Source of the DNA: Octopus sinensis
Lineage: Eukaryota
Assembly (NCBI RefSeq): GCF_006345805.1
Contig: NW_021824427.1
Location: 1 to 18,880 of the forward strand
Direction: 5' to 3'
DNA length: 18,880 bases
Shown: piece after piece, positions 1 through 11,072 of the stretch
How positions within the stretch are numbered: the stretch's first letter is position 1
How the letters are laid out: every line of letters starts with the position of its first letter
Made by a program: the position numbers and the translations under genes
Notes under the pieces: model-generated
Database searches by the model: none
Seen by the model: the letters and a program-made list of their open reading frames with translations, nothing else
What the model was told of the DNA's origin: nothing

Positions 1-739
1 TATATGTGTGTGCGTAAGTTCCCTGACACAGTATAGGAAAGTGTATTAATATTTATGCGTATATGCGGATGTGCGTGTGAGTGTGTGTGTTAGTGTTAGA
101 CACTGCTGCCTGTACTAATTTATCTATAAGCCATGCGATGACAGACATGCACTCTGTAATTTATTGAATGTGTGGAGATGTGTCTAGGTGTATTCATGTG
201 TGTGTGCATGTGTGTGTGAGTTTCTGTGTGGATGTGTGGGTTTACGGTTAGATGTGGATGTGTATGTTTTGCTTGTGCGGTGTGGTGGAGGTCGGGTGGC
301 TCTCAATTGACCAACCATGAGGAAGATAATGATAATTTTAAATTCAAATCCAATAGTGTATTTATGTCATAAGGAAAATTACTAACTGGAACCCAGACAT
401 ATATATATATACCGCCCTGGATCCTAATGTAAGCGTTATTAATAATATTATGAATAATAATAATGGTAACATTAATGGTATTGACAACGATAATGATGCT
501 AACTTTAAAGACACTTTAGAAATTATTATGAAATAATATAATGTACAATTGACTATGTATATTTGCATCTAGGTAGTAATTTGTGTATGTTTATTATCAC
601 AATATTAAGTCGAAAAACTGAGACATTGAATGTGGAACACATATACATGTTTACTAATTTATATTATTTATTTATATCATTATGTATATGTATATTTTTA
701 TATGTATAGGAATAAGAGTATATGCACTCATATGTATAT

Positions 740-1354
740 ATATATATGTTGTATTATGGGTATGCACCCACACCCATGTGGGTATAAATGTAGACTGATT
801 TATATTACATAATCTCCGAAGAGGCTTATGATATTTTTGTAAATGTCTCATTTATATCTATATATTGACCAACCATAAAGGTCTAATATTGGTAAAATGA
901 GACATACTTATCTACATGGCCGGAACAGCTGTAAGATGTAATCTATACTTATATTTATATTTACTTGTATTTATATTCTCTTTTATATATATTCTACTTA
1001 TTATACAACATTACTCGTTTATGTGCACTTTTTTATGTACATTCCTTTATGTACACTGATTTGTTCTGATTTTTATATTTAACCCTACAGTCTCTTATGT
1101 GGTGGTTTAATAAAGTATGTGATTGAGTATTATCTGGTAATTGATATTTGATTTAAATGTATTTCTCCATTTTCTTATCTTGTATTAGTAATTTGTGGTA
1201 AATCATTTTACCTTTGCCCATATAATACAGTAAATGAATTAACTGCATCGCAATCATTAACATTTATGTATTAACTTTGTTGGGTACTTCACTAGCAGAA
1301 TATTGGATATATGTTATCCCATGGAGGGTTGCATTTACAACCCCTATCTCAATT

Positions 1355-1356
<2 letters not shown>
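740..1356 (+). mobile_element. Probable orphan PLE pseudo-LTR / 3' end remnant
   Basis: Contains the hammerhead motif, followed by T-rich sequence, AATAAA (~1109) and a small hairpin (1326-1343), then runs into a (TA)n array. No adjacent ORF; boundaries are approximate. Confidence 0.35.
804..942 (+). ncRNA. Degenerate minimal type I hammerhead ribozyme motif (PLE pseudo-LTR type) with enlarged stem II
   Basis: Stem I is ATTAC[ATA]ATCT (804-815) pairing with AGATGTAAT (934-942). The core reads CCGAAGA (816-822; canonical CTGANGA with U4->C). Stem II closes with GGC (823-825)/GCC (919-921). GGAA at 922-925 is canonical GAAA with A13->G. Stem III is the palindrome ACAGCTGT (925-932), and the cleavage triplet is GTA (931-933). 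A palindromic minimal stem III is the known form in Penelope-like elements. Confidence 0.65.
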
Positions 1357-1400
<44 letters not shown>

Positions 1401-1411
1401 TATATAATATA

Positions 1412-1485
<74 letters not shown>

Positions 1486-1519
1486 AATATATAATATATA
1501 TATTATATATATATTTATT

Positions 1520-1572
<53 letters not shown>

Positions 1573-1586
1573 ATATATATATACAC

Positions 1587-1642
<56 letters not shown>
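1357..1642. repeat. (TA)n microsatellite, interrupted
   Basis: Direct reading of the sequence. Confidence 0.95.
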
Positions 1643-1644
<2 letters not shown>

Positions 1645-1684
1645 TAGCATTAAAGACCCGTCGTTGCCGGGTCAGAGTGCTAGT
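1643..1684 (+). other. Nested hairpin resembling a Helitron/Helentron-derived non-autonomous element terminus
   Basis: ACTAGCA (1643-1649)/TGCTAGT (1678-1684) encloses GACCCG-tcgttgc-CGGGTC (1655-1673), directly after (TA)n. It resembles ACTAGC..ACCCG..GTTGC ends of invertebrate Helitron-like repeats as I recall them; the other end was not found. Confidence 0.3.
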
Positions 1685-2469
1685 GCATGTATATATTTGT
1701 ATATATATGTGTACATTTACATGTACATCTATATATATACATCTATACATAAAATACAAAGTTATATCTTAATATCGCTAGTGATAACAATACTCAAAAT
1801 ATATAACAGACTGGAAGTGTTAGCTCGTCTCTTGTAATTTCGATTAATTGTATCTTGTCCTCCCTCTTGTATAGAAGTGTGGCTACAATCCGACGGCTGC
1901 AGCGAAATTCCTTTTTAGACTTTCTTTTATCGAAGACATTTTAACAAAAATACTTCCGCGTAAACGGTGAAAATATTGTCAATTTCCCCAAACAGGGACA
2001 CAATTCAATTTTTAAACAATAACGAAAGCTCCTTCTCCCAAAGGGGGAGGGTTACGGTTTACAATTATTTAACAAATGCAACACAACAACGCTTCCCTTA
2101 CGAGGAACCAACAAACGTGATAACAATAGTTAAACAGAAATAATAATAACTACAAACCTTACGGTAAACCAAAAAGCAGTACTCTGTTGAAGCTATAGGC
2201 CTTTATGGAACAGAAGTAAACTAACAGTGGTACTCAGTAGAATGCTTAATGCTAGCTAATTAGCAAATAATCTAATGTGAAAGCCGTGCACACCTCCATC
2301 TGGACTATTCCATTTCTGCACTTAAATTTTATTTTTTATTTATTCCCATTTATGTGAAACCACTGATTCAAGTTCAAGTCATTGATGCAATTTTATACAA
2401 CTTTAATAAAAACTTATACCTACTTTTCTGACGAAAACAATGCCGTTCTGAACATTTTGGCCGCAACTG

Positions 2470-2500
2470 TATATATATATACATACATACATACATACAT

Positions 2501-2593
<93 letters not shown>

Positions 2594-2612
2594 CATACAC
2601 ATACATACAAAC

Positions 2613-2651
<39 letters not shown>
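2470..2651. repeat. (TA)n/(TACA)n microsatellite
   Basis: Direct reading. Confidence 0.95.
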
Positions 2652-2655
<4 letters not shown>

Positions 2656-2712
2656 ATTGATTGATTGATTCCAGTTCCAGCCTATGAGCTGTGGCCATGC
2701 TGGGGCACCGCC
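2652..2712 (-). mobile_element. 3' terminal fragment of a SINE with (AATC)n tail
   Basis: The minus strand reads GGCGGTGCCCCAGCATGGCCACAGCTC...GGAA followed by (TCAA)n. This matches a SINE 3' end I recall from Octopus; the copy is heavily 5'-truncated. Confidence 0.55.
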
Positions 2713-2964
2713 ATTTATATATATCTTATTTTCATTTTGTTTTTATAATGCATATTAGTCATCAATGACGTTGCTAATGGTTGAATGAATGTCTTAAACT
2801 GAATTTGATTCAGGTGTTTCGGTTTCTTAGCGTTTAATAACTGCTAAAATTTGTTCAAATGTTCAGTTAAAATTTAACCAATTTCGATTTCCTGATAATG
2901 TTCTATTAACAATTATATTTTCGAAGGTATTATTATTAATTCTTAATAATATGTCTATATAGAA

Positions 2965-3030
2965 ACAGACTGACAGACTGACAGGCAGACAGACAGAGAC
3001 AGACAGACAAAGACAGACAGACGGACAGAG
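2965..3030. repeat. (GACA)n tetranucleotide microsatellite
   Basis: Direct reading. Confidence 0.9.
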
Positions 3031-3172
3031 AAGGAAAGAAAATGGAGAAAGATGGATGTATGAATAACTTATTTGTATGATACAAAGATGTTGAAATCTC
3101 ATGCAAATGAATTATTAATACCTCCATCCGTCTCCCTTTTCTTTGTTTTTCTATTAATAATATGTATTACTA

Positions 3173-3837
3173 CAATAATCCCTTTCGCATATTGCAGAGA
3201 CTTTCTCGGTATATGATTAACCAGTGGAATTTTGGGGATTATAGAATTCCTATATAACCCATGATAGGTAAAAATCTGCGAAGCAGAAGCAGTACTGTAC
3301 TGTATTTTTTTTCATTATTTTTATAATTTGTATATATTTATTTTATAACAAATGCAAAACAACATCACGGAGGATTCCACGTAAGCTTAAATAATTAACC
3401 GCAATAGGTGAACCGCGATATGGCGAAGAATTACTGTGTGTATACATCACCGTGATCACCGTCACCGACCAGGCTCTCAGAAACATGCGCTTTGCATTGT
3501 TTTAGCCTTCATACGACGCCACCACGCTGGCTAAGCGAGCAGGCCAACAGAAGAAAGAGTGAGAGAAAGTTGTGGTGAAAGAGTACAGCAGGGATCGCCT
3601 CCACCCCTGCCGGAGCTTCGTGGAGCTTTAGGTGTTTTCACTCAACAAACATTCACAACGTTCATATATATATATGGATTCCTCCGTGCTGCTGTTTTGC
3701 ATTTTTAATAAAATAAATATGTACAAATTATAAGAATAATAAAAAAAAGTACAGTACAGTACTGTTCTACTTTGAGGATTTTCACCTAACTCATGGGGTT
3801 TTGGAACGTAACACCTGTGATAGTCGAGAGATAACTG
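3173..3837. mobile_element. Tc1/mariner (Tigger/pogo-like) MITE complex with long inverted repeats and TA flanks
   Basis: TA lies at 3171-3172 and 3838-3839. The ends read CA(A/G)T(A/T)AT..., similar to Tigger-type CAGT termini. 3255-3379 is an imperfect reverse complement of ~3676-3810 (shared CAGTACTGTACTGTA...ATAATTTGTA...AATGCAAAACA.CA.CACGGAGGA.TCCA). A further TIR-like end sits at 3399-3436. Confidence 0.7.
3446..3660 (-). mobile_element. SINE body (tRNA head missing) nested in the MITE
   Basis: The sequence CACCGTGATCACCG...GCTGGCTAAGCGAGCAGGCCAACAGAAGAAAGAGTGAGAGAAAGTTGTGG...GGAGCTTTAGGTGTTTTC matches the reverse strand of an abundant octopus SINE as I recall it. It lies between the two MITE inverted repeats. 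Confidence 0.65.
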
Positions 3838-4557
3838 TACGTATACATGCATATGTGTGTGTACGCGCTTGTAATTATAAATTCCAGTCAAGTAGTGTAC
3901 CTGACATAATCAGTGTTTATTTTTTCCCTCTCTAATCTCCCTCCTCATTTCTCTTGTCTGGTGTATATCTTAGAGACCATTAATACTGTAAGTAATGTAA
4001 GATTTGGCGTAAAAAGTCTACATACACAAATCACATTTTTCTTTCAATATCTGGCGTTGAATGTTATTTTAGAAATCATGTCTGATCTAACATACAGAGT
4101 CAATAAGAATGGCAAAGGTTTTATGAAAAGACATTTGTTAACTTACAAACGATGCATATATACAGACACACATGTGTGTGCGTGTCTGTGTAGGAACGTA
4201 TTGGAATAAATATGCTTCGAAGCAGACTGTTGATATACTAGCCAATAATATATTAGGTCCATCTATCATCTTCAAGAACCGTATTACAAAGAACAATTTA
4301 TCTTCAGTAACAGAGATATGTTATGCAACCTGCAGGCACTTCTCACATCAACCTTCAGCAACTTTAAATGCACTTCAGATTTCTATATTGTGTATTTTTC
4401 TTTGTTTTTAAAATTATTCTTACTAATATTATTGTTGTTGTTGTAGTTGGGGTTATTTTGCCAAATCAGAAACGATTATCATTAACATTATAATATAAAA
4501 TATTATTAATATTAATAATTCTAGCACAAGTTTTGTTGATACCTGCAGCTTACGGTA

Positions 4558-4611
<54 letters not shown>

Positions 4612-4651
4612 CATCATCATCGTCATCATCATCATCATCATCATCATCACC

Positions 4652-4701
<50 letters not shown>

Positions 4702-4702
4702 T
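4558..4702. repeat. Compound (ATT)n-(ATC)n trinucleotide microsatellite
   Basis: Direct reading; it explains the poly-M/I/D/N/L/S ORFs. Confidence 0.95.
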
Positions 4703-5112
4703 AAGGCGGCGAGCTGGCAGAAACCTTAGCACGCCGGGCGAAATGCGTAGCCGTATTTTGTCTGCCGCTACGTTCTGCGTTCAAATTCCGCCGAAGTCGA
4801 CTTTGCCTTTCATCCTTTCGGGGTACATAAATTAAGTAACATTTACGCACTGGGGTCGATATAATTGATTTAATCCGTCTTTCTGTCTTTGTTTGTCTAC
4901 TCCGTGTTTAGCCCCTTGTGGGTAGTAAAGGAATAGGTATTTCGTCTGTCGCTGCGTTCTGAGTTCAAATTCCGCTGAGGTCAACTTTGCCTTTCATCCT
5001 TTCGGGGTTGATGAAATAAGTTCCAATTACGCACTGGAGTTGATGTAATTGACTTGCCCCCTTTGCCAACAATTCTCAAGGCCTTGTGCCTAGAGTAGAA
5101 ATAATCATTATT
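4703..5112 (+). mobile_element. tRNA-derived SINE dimer (full unit 4703-4935 plus head-truncated unit 4936-5112)
   Basis: Starts AAGGCGGCGAGCTGGCAGAA (A-box-like), with B-box-like (G/C)GTTCAAATTCC. It is homologous to the copies at 8998-9230 and 9689-9901. The second unit restarts at GGTATTTCGTCTG. Confidence 0.85.
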
Positions 5113-5566
5113 TTCATATACACTCAACTGATTACACTGTTGAAAAAGAAATAAATCCTAACATCGGGCTACAGAAAATAATCTTAGATTCCAAGAACCC
5201 TCCTAAGTAACCTTGCTCTCTCTAATAACACAATTTCCTGCAGCTGTACTAAACAGGGTTTTATGCCTATTTCCTCTATCCATCTGTTCAAATCTTTAGA
5301 GATAGTTCCCGAAGCACCTATAACTACTGAAATACATTTTACCCGCACATTCTATAGTCTCTATTATAGCTAGGTTATGGTACTTTGCTATTTTACCTAT
5401 ACGACTCATATTGATGTTTTCATCATTTGTGACTGTAAAGTCTATTATCCGGTACTTTCTATTGTCTTTATCTCCCACTACCAAATCAGGCCTTCTGGCT
5501 TTTATTATTCTGTCAGTCTGAATGTTAAAGTCCCACAACATCTTATATTTCTTACTTTCTAGTACT
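5113..5566 (-). mobile_element. 3' fragment of an R4/Dong-like non-LTR retrotransposon (restriction-like endonuclease domain), frameshifted
   Basis: The ORF reads LWDFNIQTDRIIKARRPDLVVGDK...IIDF...KIAKYHNL, containing the PD..D RLE motif. After a frameshift it continues NVRVKCISVVIGASGTISKDLNRWIEEIG...LQEIVLLERARLLRRVLGI* (stop at 5184-5186). A short 3' UTR then runs into an AAT-like tail. Confidence 0.85.
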
Positions 5567-6574
5567 TTACTAGGTTCATGTTCATACCATCTATCAGTAT
5601 GTTTAGATCCTATAGGTATTTGGGGATATTTACATTATGAGTTTATTCTTGTCTGTTTTGTTTTTTTGTTTTTTTTTGTAGTAGAATCGCAGAGTAGTGT
5701 GTGTAAATCATAGATCAACTATTTTGATAGTATTTATGATTATTTGTCCACCGTTTTTTCTCTTTTAGTTGGTTCTGGTATAGGTCCCGTTTTTACAGCG
5801 TTTACTTTTTTAACTGAACACCGCCCATGGACATGTGCTGTTATTTCTTTCGTAGTTATAATTACAATTAGGATTATTATCGATTTATCAGCGAGAAAGC
5901 GAGAGGAAATAACAGTGTGCATATATACAGAGGTTTTGTATAAATATGAATGTATATGTAATTAAAATGTAGAATTTAAAAATTTTACTCACAGGTTTGC
6001 AGCTTTCGTATAGTAATGTCTTCACGTCTCTGTGCCTACGTTGCTTAAACAGTTCATCTGGGCAAAGCTATGTTTTTTATATATATATACTCCAAATAAG
6101 CAAAATATTCCACACCGATGCATGTAGGCCCCCGCCCCTAATACAAGTGCACATACACACATACACACACGTACACACACAGACACACAGACACACAGAC
6201 ACGCACGCCCACACGAGGACATGTTGAAAGGGAAAGGCATCTGCGTTATATCCGGTAAAGTATAAAGGAACAGGCTAATAATGATCTTATACATATTATA
6301 TACTTATCAGAAGAGAAATGTTACACAGAGTTGGAATAAATTAGACATGAATTAAAAAGCCATGCTCGGACAATATTATCGGGTACTACCATTATAGTAT
6401 GTTCCTACCATTAACGAAGCTAGTACTGTAACTAGCTGAAATGTACCATATTAACAGATCTAAGTCATAATCCCATATATGGGATATTATATATAAGTAA
6501 TGTGGCTATTCTGTTGTGTAATTGGTTGAACATATACGTTCCCTATATAATAGGAAGCACCATAAATAAAAGAT

Positions 6575-6905
6575 GGTGATCTCATTCTCGCCCACAACAT
6601 CATAAGCGGAAAGCGTAACCTCTCGAAAGAGCTGTTCTTCACTCCTGCTCCAGAGCGTCGGCTGCGGAGTCATTCCGAAAAGCTCTACCTGCGACGATTT
6701 CATCTCAATCGAAGGAGAGGAGCTTTCTCCGTTCGGGTTGCGGATCCGTGGAACAAGCTGCCAGACGAGATGATGAAGATGCCGACAACCGCTTTGTTCA
6801 AAGCCTCCCTTGACCTCAAGTGGCCTGAACTCTTTACATGAACACCATCCTGTACTTAACTTCATGTCCCCCTACATGGCCTTGCTATTTGCTTTTGAGC
6901 CAAAT

Positions 6906-6940
<35 letters not shown>
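6575..6940 (+). mobile_element. 5'-truncated CR1-like LINE 3' end with (TAAC)n tail
   Basis: 6575-6841 translates as GDLILAHNIISGK...LFFTPAPERRLRSHSEKL...FSVRVADPWNKLPDEMM...FKASLDLKWPELFT*, the conserved CR1 ORF2 C-terminus (GDL, RGH..KL, FS.RV..WN.LP, FK..LD). A ~65-nt UTR and (TAAC)n at 6906-6940 follow. Confidence 0.85.
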
Positions 6941-7239
6941 GAGAATCGAAGGAAGACTTGAGGGCGCATAGGAAAAGTTCTGGATAATGATGAACTTATT
7001 ATTGTACCGCTGTCAGAGATCCATGGATGGGATTTGGGTTCGCTGAGTAGGGTACCTACATTGCATATATGTTACGGATGTTGGTTCCTTATTTGGAAGA
7101 TAAAATAGTGAGAGGGTAAAAGAAAATAATAACATGCTGCCTATGAGAGCTACTGTTAAGTTGGACAGTGTTGCAGTTAACTGGTTCAACCGGGATTTAT
7201 GTTGGGTTAGAATATGCACATAGGTTCAATTATTTCGAT

Positions 7240-7540
7240 TTAGGGCAGGTATGATTTGTGCTAAGTAAGGTGTGGTCGAATATGATAATTTTACGTTCTA
7301 CCTATTGAAAATTTTATGTTATTATGTATATAGCGAAAAGGTTATCTAATGCCCTTAAGAAGATGTCAGGCACGTAAGAGGCGGTTTTCAGTGTAAAGGT
7401 GGGTTAAATCAAACCATATTTCTCTTCGCGCTTGCTGAGTGACGCATCAGAACACAATTGTCGACAGTATATTGTGATATAGGGCTTATCCTGTAGTTTA
7501 AGGCAGCATTCGGTAACGGATCTATTTCCTGAATGCTGCG
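7240..7540 (-). pseudogene. Old fossil of a Penelope-like element (RT thumb/linker region), same type as the element at 13852-15156
   Basis: One minus frame gives KRNMV*FNPP (7426->7397) and, 36 codons on, HKIFNR*NVKLSYSTTPYLAQII (7318->7250). These are collinear with RRHISWYNPP...YTILNKNTIRLSYSTTPNLARNL in the younger copy. The frame has many stops. Confidence 0.7.
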
Positions 7541-8054
7541 TTCGTAGAGTTTATTTTATTTAGCATACTTCCATGCATAACCACTGTTCAGTTAAGCTCT
7601 AAATTCTAGGTTTTCTACTTTAACACTTTCAGAAAGACCCATCCCATTAGCTTTCCCCTTCTCTTTTCATTTCTTTTTCCTTTTTATGTCTCCACATATC
7701 TCAATCTAAGGTCACCAGTACACTTCAGCTTTCTTTCATGTGATTTATTGAATATCTCCTACCATCCACATCACTTCCCCTTACCACACCAATCACTAGT
7801 GCCATTTTATTATTATTATTATTTGATTTTTATCACTCTCTTCTCACTATTAGTATTGAAGCAGTAGTTGTTGTCGTTGCTTTCAACTTCGTCCGTCTGA
7901 CCCTTTTGTCTGGCCAACGTTGTCGCTTGTGTTAACGTGAAATAACTTTTCACACATCAAATACAATTTGTTATCAATGACTACCTACTAACTGGCCATT
8001 CTCACAATTTATCCCTAAGTTTCAGCCGGTTACACTGAATAGCTCTCAATTGTT

Positions 8055-8431
8055 CTTTTCCTTCTCATATCTCCGTTCTTCATGTCGTTATCTTCTTTTT
8101 CTTCTCTTACCACTCTTCTTCCTTCTTCATCATCTCTTCCTTCCACTTCTTCTTCATCATCATCTCCTCCTCTTTCTTATTCTTTATCACCTTTTCTTTC
8201 TCTTTATTCTTGTTCTTCTACTCTTCCTTCTTTTTCTTCTTCTCTCTCTCCTCCTCCTACCCATCATTCTCCTCCTCCTTCTTCATCATCTCCTCCTTCC
8301 TCTTCTTCTTCATCATCATCTCCTCCTTCTTTTCCTTATTCTTATTCTTCATCATTTTTTTATCTTTCTTCTTATTCTCCTCCTCCTCCCTTTTCTTCTT
8401 CTTCTCCTTCATTATTCTCACATGCTCTCTC

Positions 8432-8477
<46 letters not shown>
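8055..8477. repeat. Pyrimidine-rich low-complexity tract (CTT/CAT/CCT) ending in (CT)n
   Basis: Direct reading. Confidence 0.9.
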
Positions 8478-8478
<1 letters not shown>

Positions 8479-8997
8479 CAATTATTCATTCTTTAATCAT
8501 ACTTTTATTTATTTGTTGTTTCCTCGCAATATAAACAAGAAACAATGTATGGAAGATGCACCACATAAAAGCCCACTTTTGACGCAAGTCTGAAGAGTGG
8601 TCATTCCAATGTCTAAAACCGCAAAACTTATGTAAATTTTCACTTCGACTTTTTGCATAAACTGGATTTGCTAGAATACGTGGTACAGAAATAATTGCTA
8701 CTGATCATTACATATGCGTTAAAGTATTTCTTTTGTCACAATATTTCGATTATATTTTGCCCTTAGCTAAACCCTCACAATGGTTTTACCGCCGTGAAAC
8801 CAGGGTTTTCTACACCTACATACATATATATATATTCTTATATATACATATATATTATGTATATAAGCATATATATATATACACATGCACACACACATAT
8901 ATATATATATAAAATATACATATATCGCTCAAACAGTTACATATATATATATATATATATATAACTTATAAGTAAGGGCTAAAGAAAAATTATTTCA

Positions 8998-9230
8998 AAG
9001 GCGGCGAGCTGGCAGAAACGTTAGCACGCCGGGCGAAATTCTTAGCGGTATTTCGTCTGTCGTTACGTTCTGAGTTCAAATTCCGCCGAGGTCGACTTTG
9101 CCTTTCATCCTTTCGGGGTCGATAAATAAAGTACCAGTTTTGCACTGGGGTCGATATAATCGACTTAATCCCTTTGTCTGTCCTTGTTTTTCCCCTCTAT
9201 GTTTAGCCCCTTGTTGGTAGTAAAGAAATA
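8998..9230 (+). mobile_element. tRNA-derived SINE, near-consensus copy
   Basis: Starts AAGGCGGCGAGCTGGCAGAAACGTTAGC, with B-box-like GAGTTCAAATTCC at 9072-9084. It is homologous to 4703-4935 and ends at AAGAAATA before (TA)n. Confidence 0.9.
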
Positions 9231-9688
9231 TATATATATATATATATATATATGCATATCTGGGTACAGGAATTCATGAAACGTGCACAACAAAAATGTA
9301 CGAAGTACGAGTACATGGAACATGGACTATTTTTTCGAACAACGAAAGACATAAATGGAAAACAAGACAAACAACGCATAGAACGATCCTTCATCAGTTG
9401 TTGGCTGTTTTTTCTAATCTCGTATTTGGAGCATTTAACAAAATATGTGTGTGAGTTTGTATTTATGTCTGTCTTCGTGCGTGCTTGCGTGTTTGTGTTT
9501 GTGCGTGCACATCTGTAGCAAGACTATCTTAGAAGAATGTTCCTTTAAACGCCGCATAGTGGTACCTCAACCTAGTTGAAAAATGCAAAGCGTGCTTCTT
9601 AACCATACACGCACAAGTCAAATCGGTCTCTTAGAAATAATGTTGGCGGAAATATACCGTTACACTGTGTAGTACAGAATACAAGATA

Positions 9689-9901
9689 TAATCTTTTCTA
9701 TTCTAGGTAGAAGGCCTGAAATTTGGTAGGAGGGGCCAGTCAATTAGTTTGACCCCAGTACGTAACTGGTACTGAATTTGTCGACCCCGAAAGGATGAAG
9801 GGCAAAGTTGACTTCGGTGGAATTTGAACTCAGAACATAGCGGCAGATGAAATCCCGCTAATTATTTCGCCTGGAGTGCTAACGATTCTGCCAAATGTAC
9901 C
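9689..9901 (-). mobile_element. tRNA-derived SINE, diverged copy with alternative 3' tail
   Basis: The reverse complement reads TGGCAGAATCGTTAGCACTCC...GAGTTCAAATTCC...CATCCTTTCGGGGTCG...GGCCTTCTACCTAGAA. It shares the head and core of the 8998 copy, and its tail resembles 5050-5112. Confidence 0.85.
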
Positions 9902-10653
9902 AATAATAATGCTCCAGTGATATATAAATTGGAAAAAGTAATTTGCTACTTTCTTTGCGTTCCTCGTAAACTTTATTGGACATGTGCCAACGGTAGAAAG
10001 AACAGTTACAAGAATACGAGTTTTCATTACTTATTTAAATATTTGTTTTCTTCCATGGAAATATTTCGATTCTCAGATTCATAAATATTGATTATGATTC
10101 TTCCTTTGATTTATTTATCAGCAACCAAAATATCAGATCACCAGGTTTCCATGAAACATAGTTTTTAGGCATTAGATGTCAAACAATAATTTTTCTTTTT
10201 GCTCTTTTTTTTCCCCTTTTGTCAAACATAGAACTTTCAACTCCATATTACAAATATCTTTGTTGCTTGAAACCTTTAGGCATCAAGCCAAGGTGGGTCC
10301 TGATATGCTACGTAGACAGACAAATAGCTAAATGTGACTGTTCAACAATCAATACCAGATGTGCATGTGTGATAGCGTGCTTGATGTCGATTACGTGTGG
10401 TGTGTGTGTGTGTCTGTGTGTATGTTCTAGAATTTTATCAGACGTTCATAAAGACTACAATGATGATTTTCAATATATTTTGAAAGTAGATGAATATGTA
10501 TGCATAATCACACAAACACACACGTACACACATATATACATATGTGTACACAAATACATATAGAAACATAGATGCGTGTGTGGATGGATGCCTGCATTTA
10601 TATATAATATATATCTATATATATATATATATATATTTATTATAGATAGGAGG

Positions 10654-10704
10654 AGCTTCTACAGGACTAGTACTGTTTCATTCAAGAGAAATCTTCAGGA
10701 AGCT
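10654..10704 (-). ncRNA. Type I hammerhead ribozyme motif (left arm; sense to the PLE ORF)
   Basis: The minus strand reads AGCTTC-CTGAAGA-T-TTC tctt GAA-T-GAAA-CAG tactagtc CTG-TA-GAAGCT. Stem I is 6 bp, the CTGANGA and GAAA core is intact, stem III is ACAG/CTGT with a GTA triplet, and stem II is 3 bp with a U.U closing pair. Confidence 0.75.
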
Positions 10705-11040
10705 ATTTAACAAGAATTGTATTAGCATTTATACATTTAGGCAGGTTTAAAGGAGTGGTGGTGGGGGACTTTTTTGGGGGTAGGCATAGCGCAAAATATC
10801 ATACTGGGGGAGTGGTCAAGGAGTCAGTGGTAAGTTAGATGAAAGAATAGATAATAAAAAAATAAAATAAAAAATAAAAAATAAAAAATAAAAAATAAAA
10901 AATAAAAAAAAAAATAAAAAAAATAAAAAAAATAAAAAAAATAAAATGTGTGCACATACATACATAAACACATATACATACACACACACATACGTACACA
11001 TGTGTGCCTATACATACCTACGCATACACACATACATACA

Positions 11041-11072
<32 letters not shown>

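Noticed and set aside
4453-4835. Poly-Met/Asp/Asn/Ser/Leu ORFs
   Set aside because: These are (ATT)n-(ATC)n microsatellite read into a SINE.
5769-5965. Candidate exon after a TTTTCTCTTTTAG acceptor (GSGIGPVFTAFTF...VISFVVIITI)
   Set aside because: There is no convincing donor site, no recognisable domain and no partner exons; RNA-seq or homology evidence would be needed.
8050-8593. Ser/Leu/Phe-rich ORFs of 127-150 aa
   Set aside because: Low-complexity pyrimidine tract, open in all frames.
8585-8640. CTGAAGA-GTGG...CCGC-AAAA hammerhead-like string
   Set aside because: G12 is missing and there is no stem I pairing; compatible with chance.
9330-9420. Minus-strand CTGATGA (9391-9397) with a downstream CGAAA as another hammerhead
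   Set aside because: Stems I, II and III could not be formed in register; at most a decayed repeat fragment.
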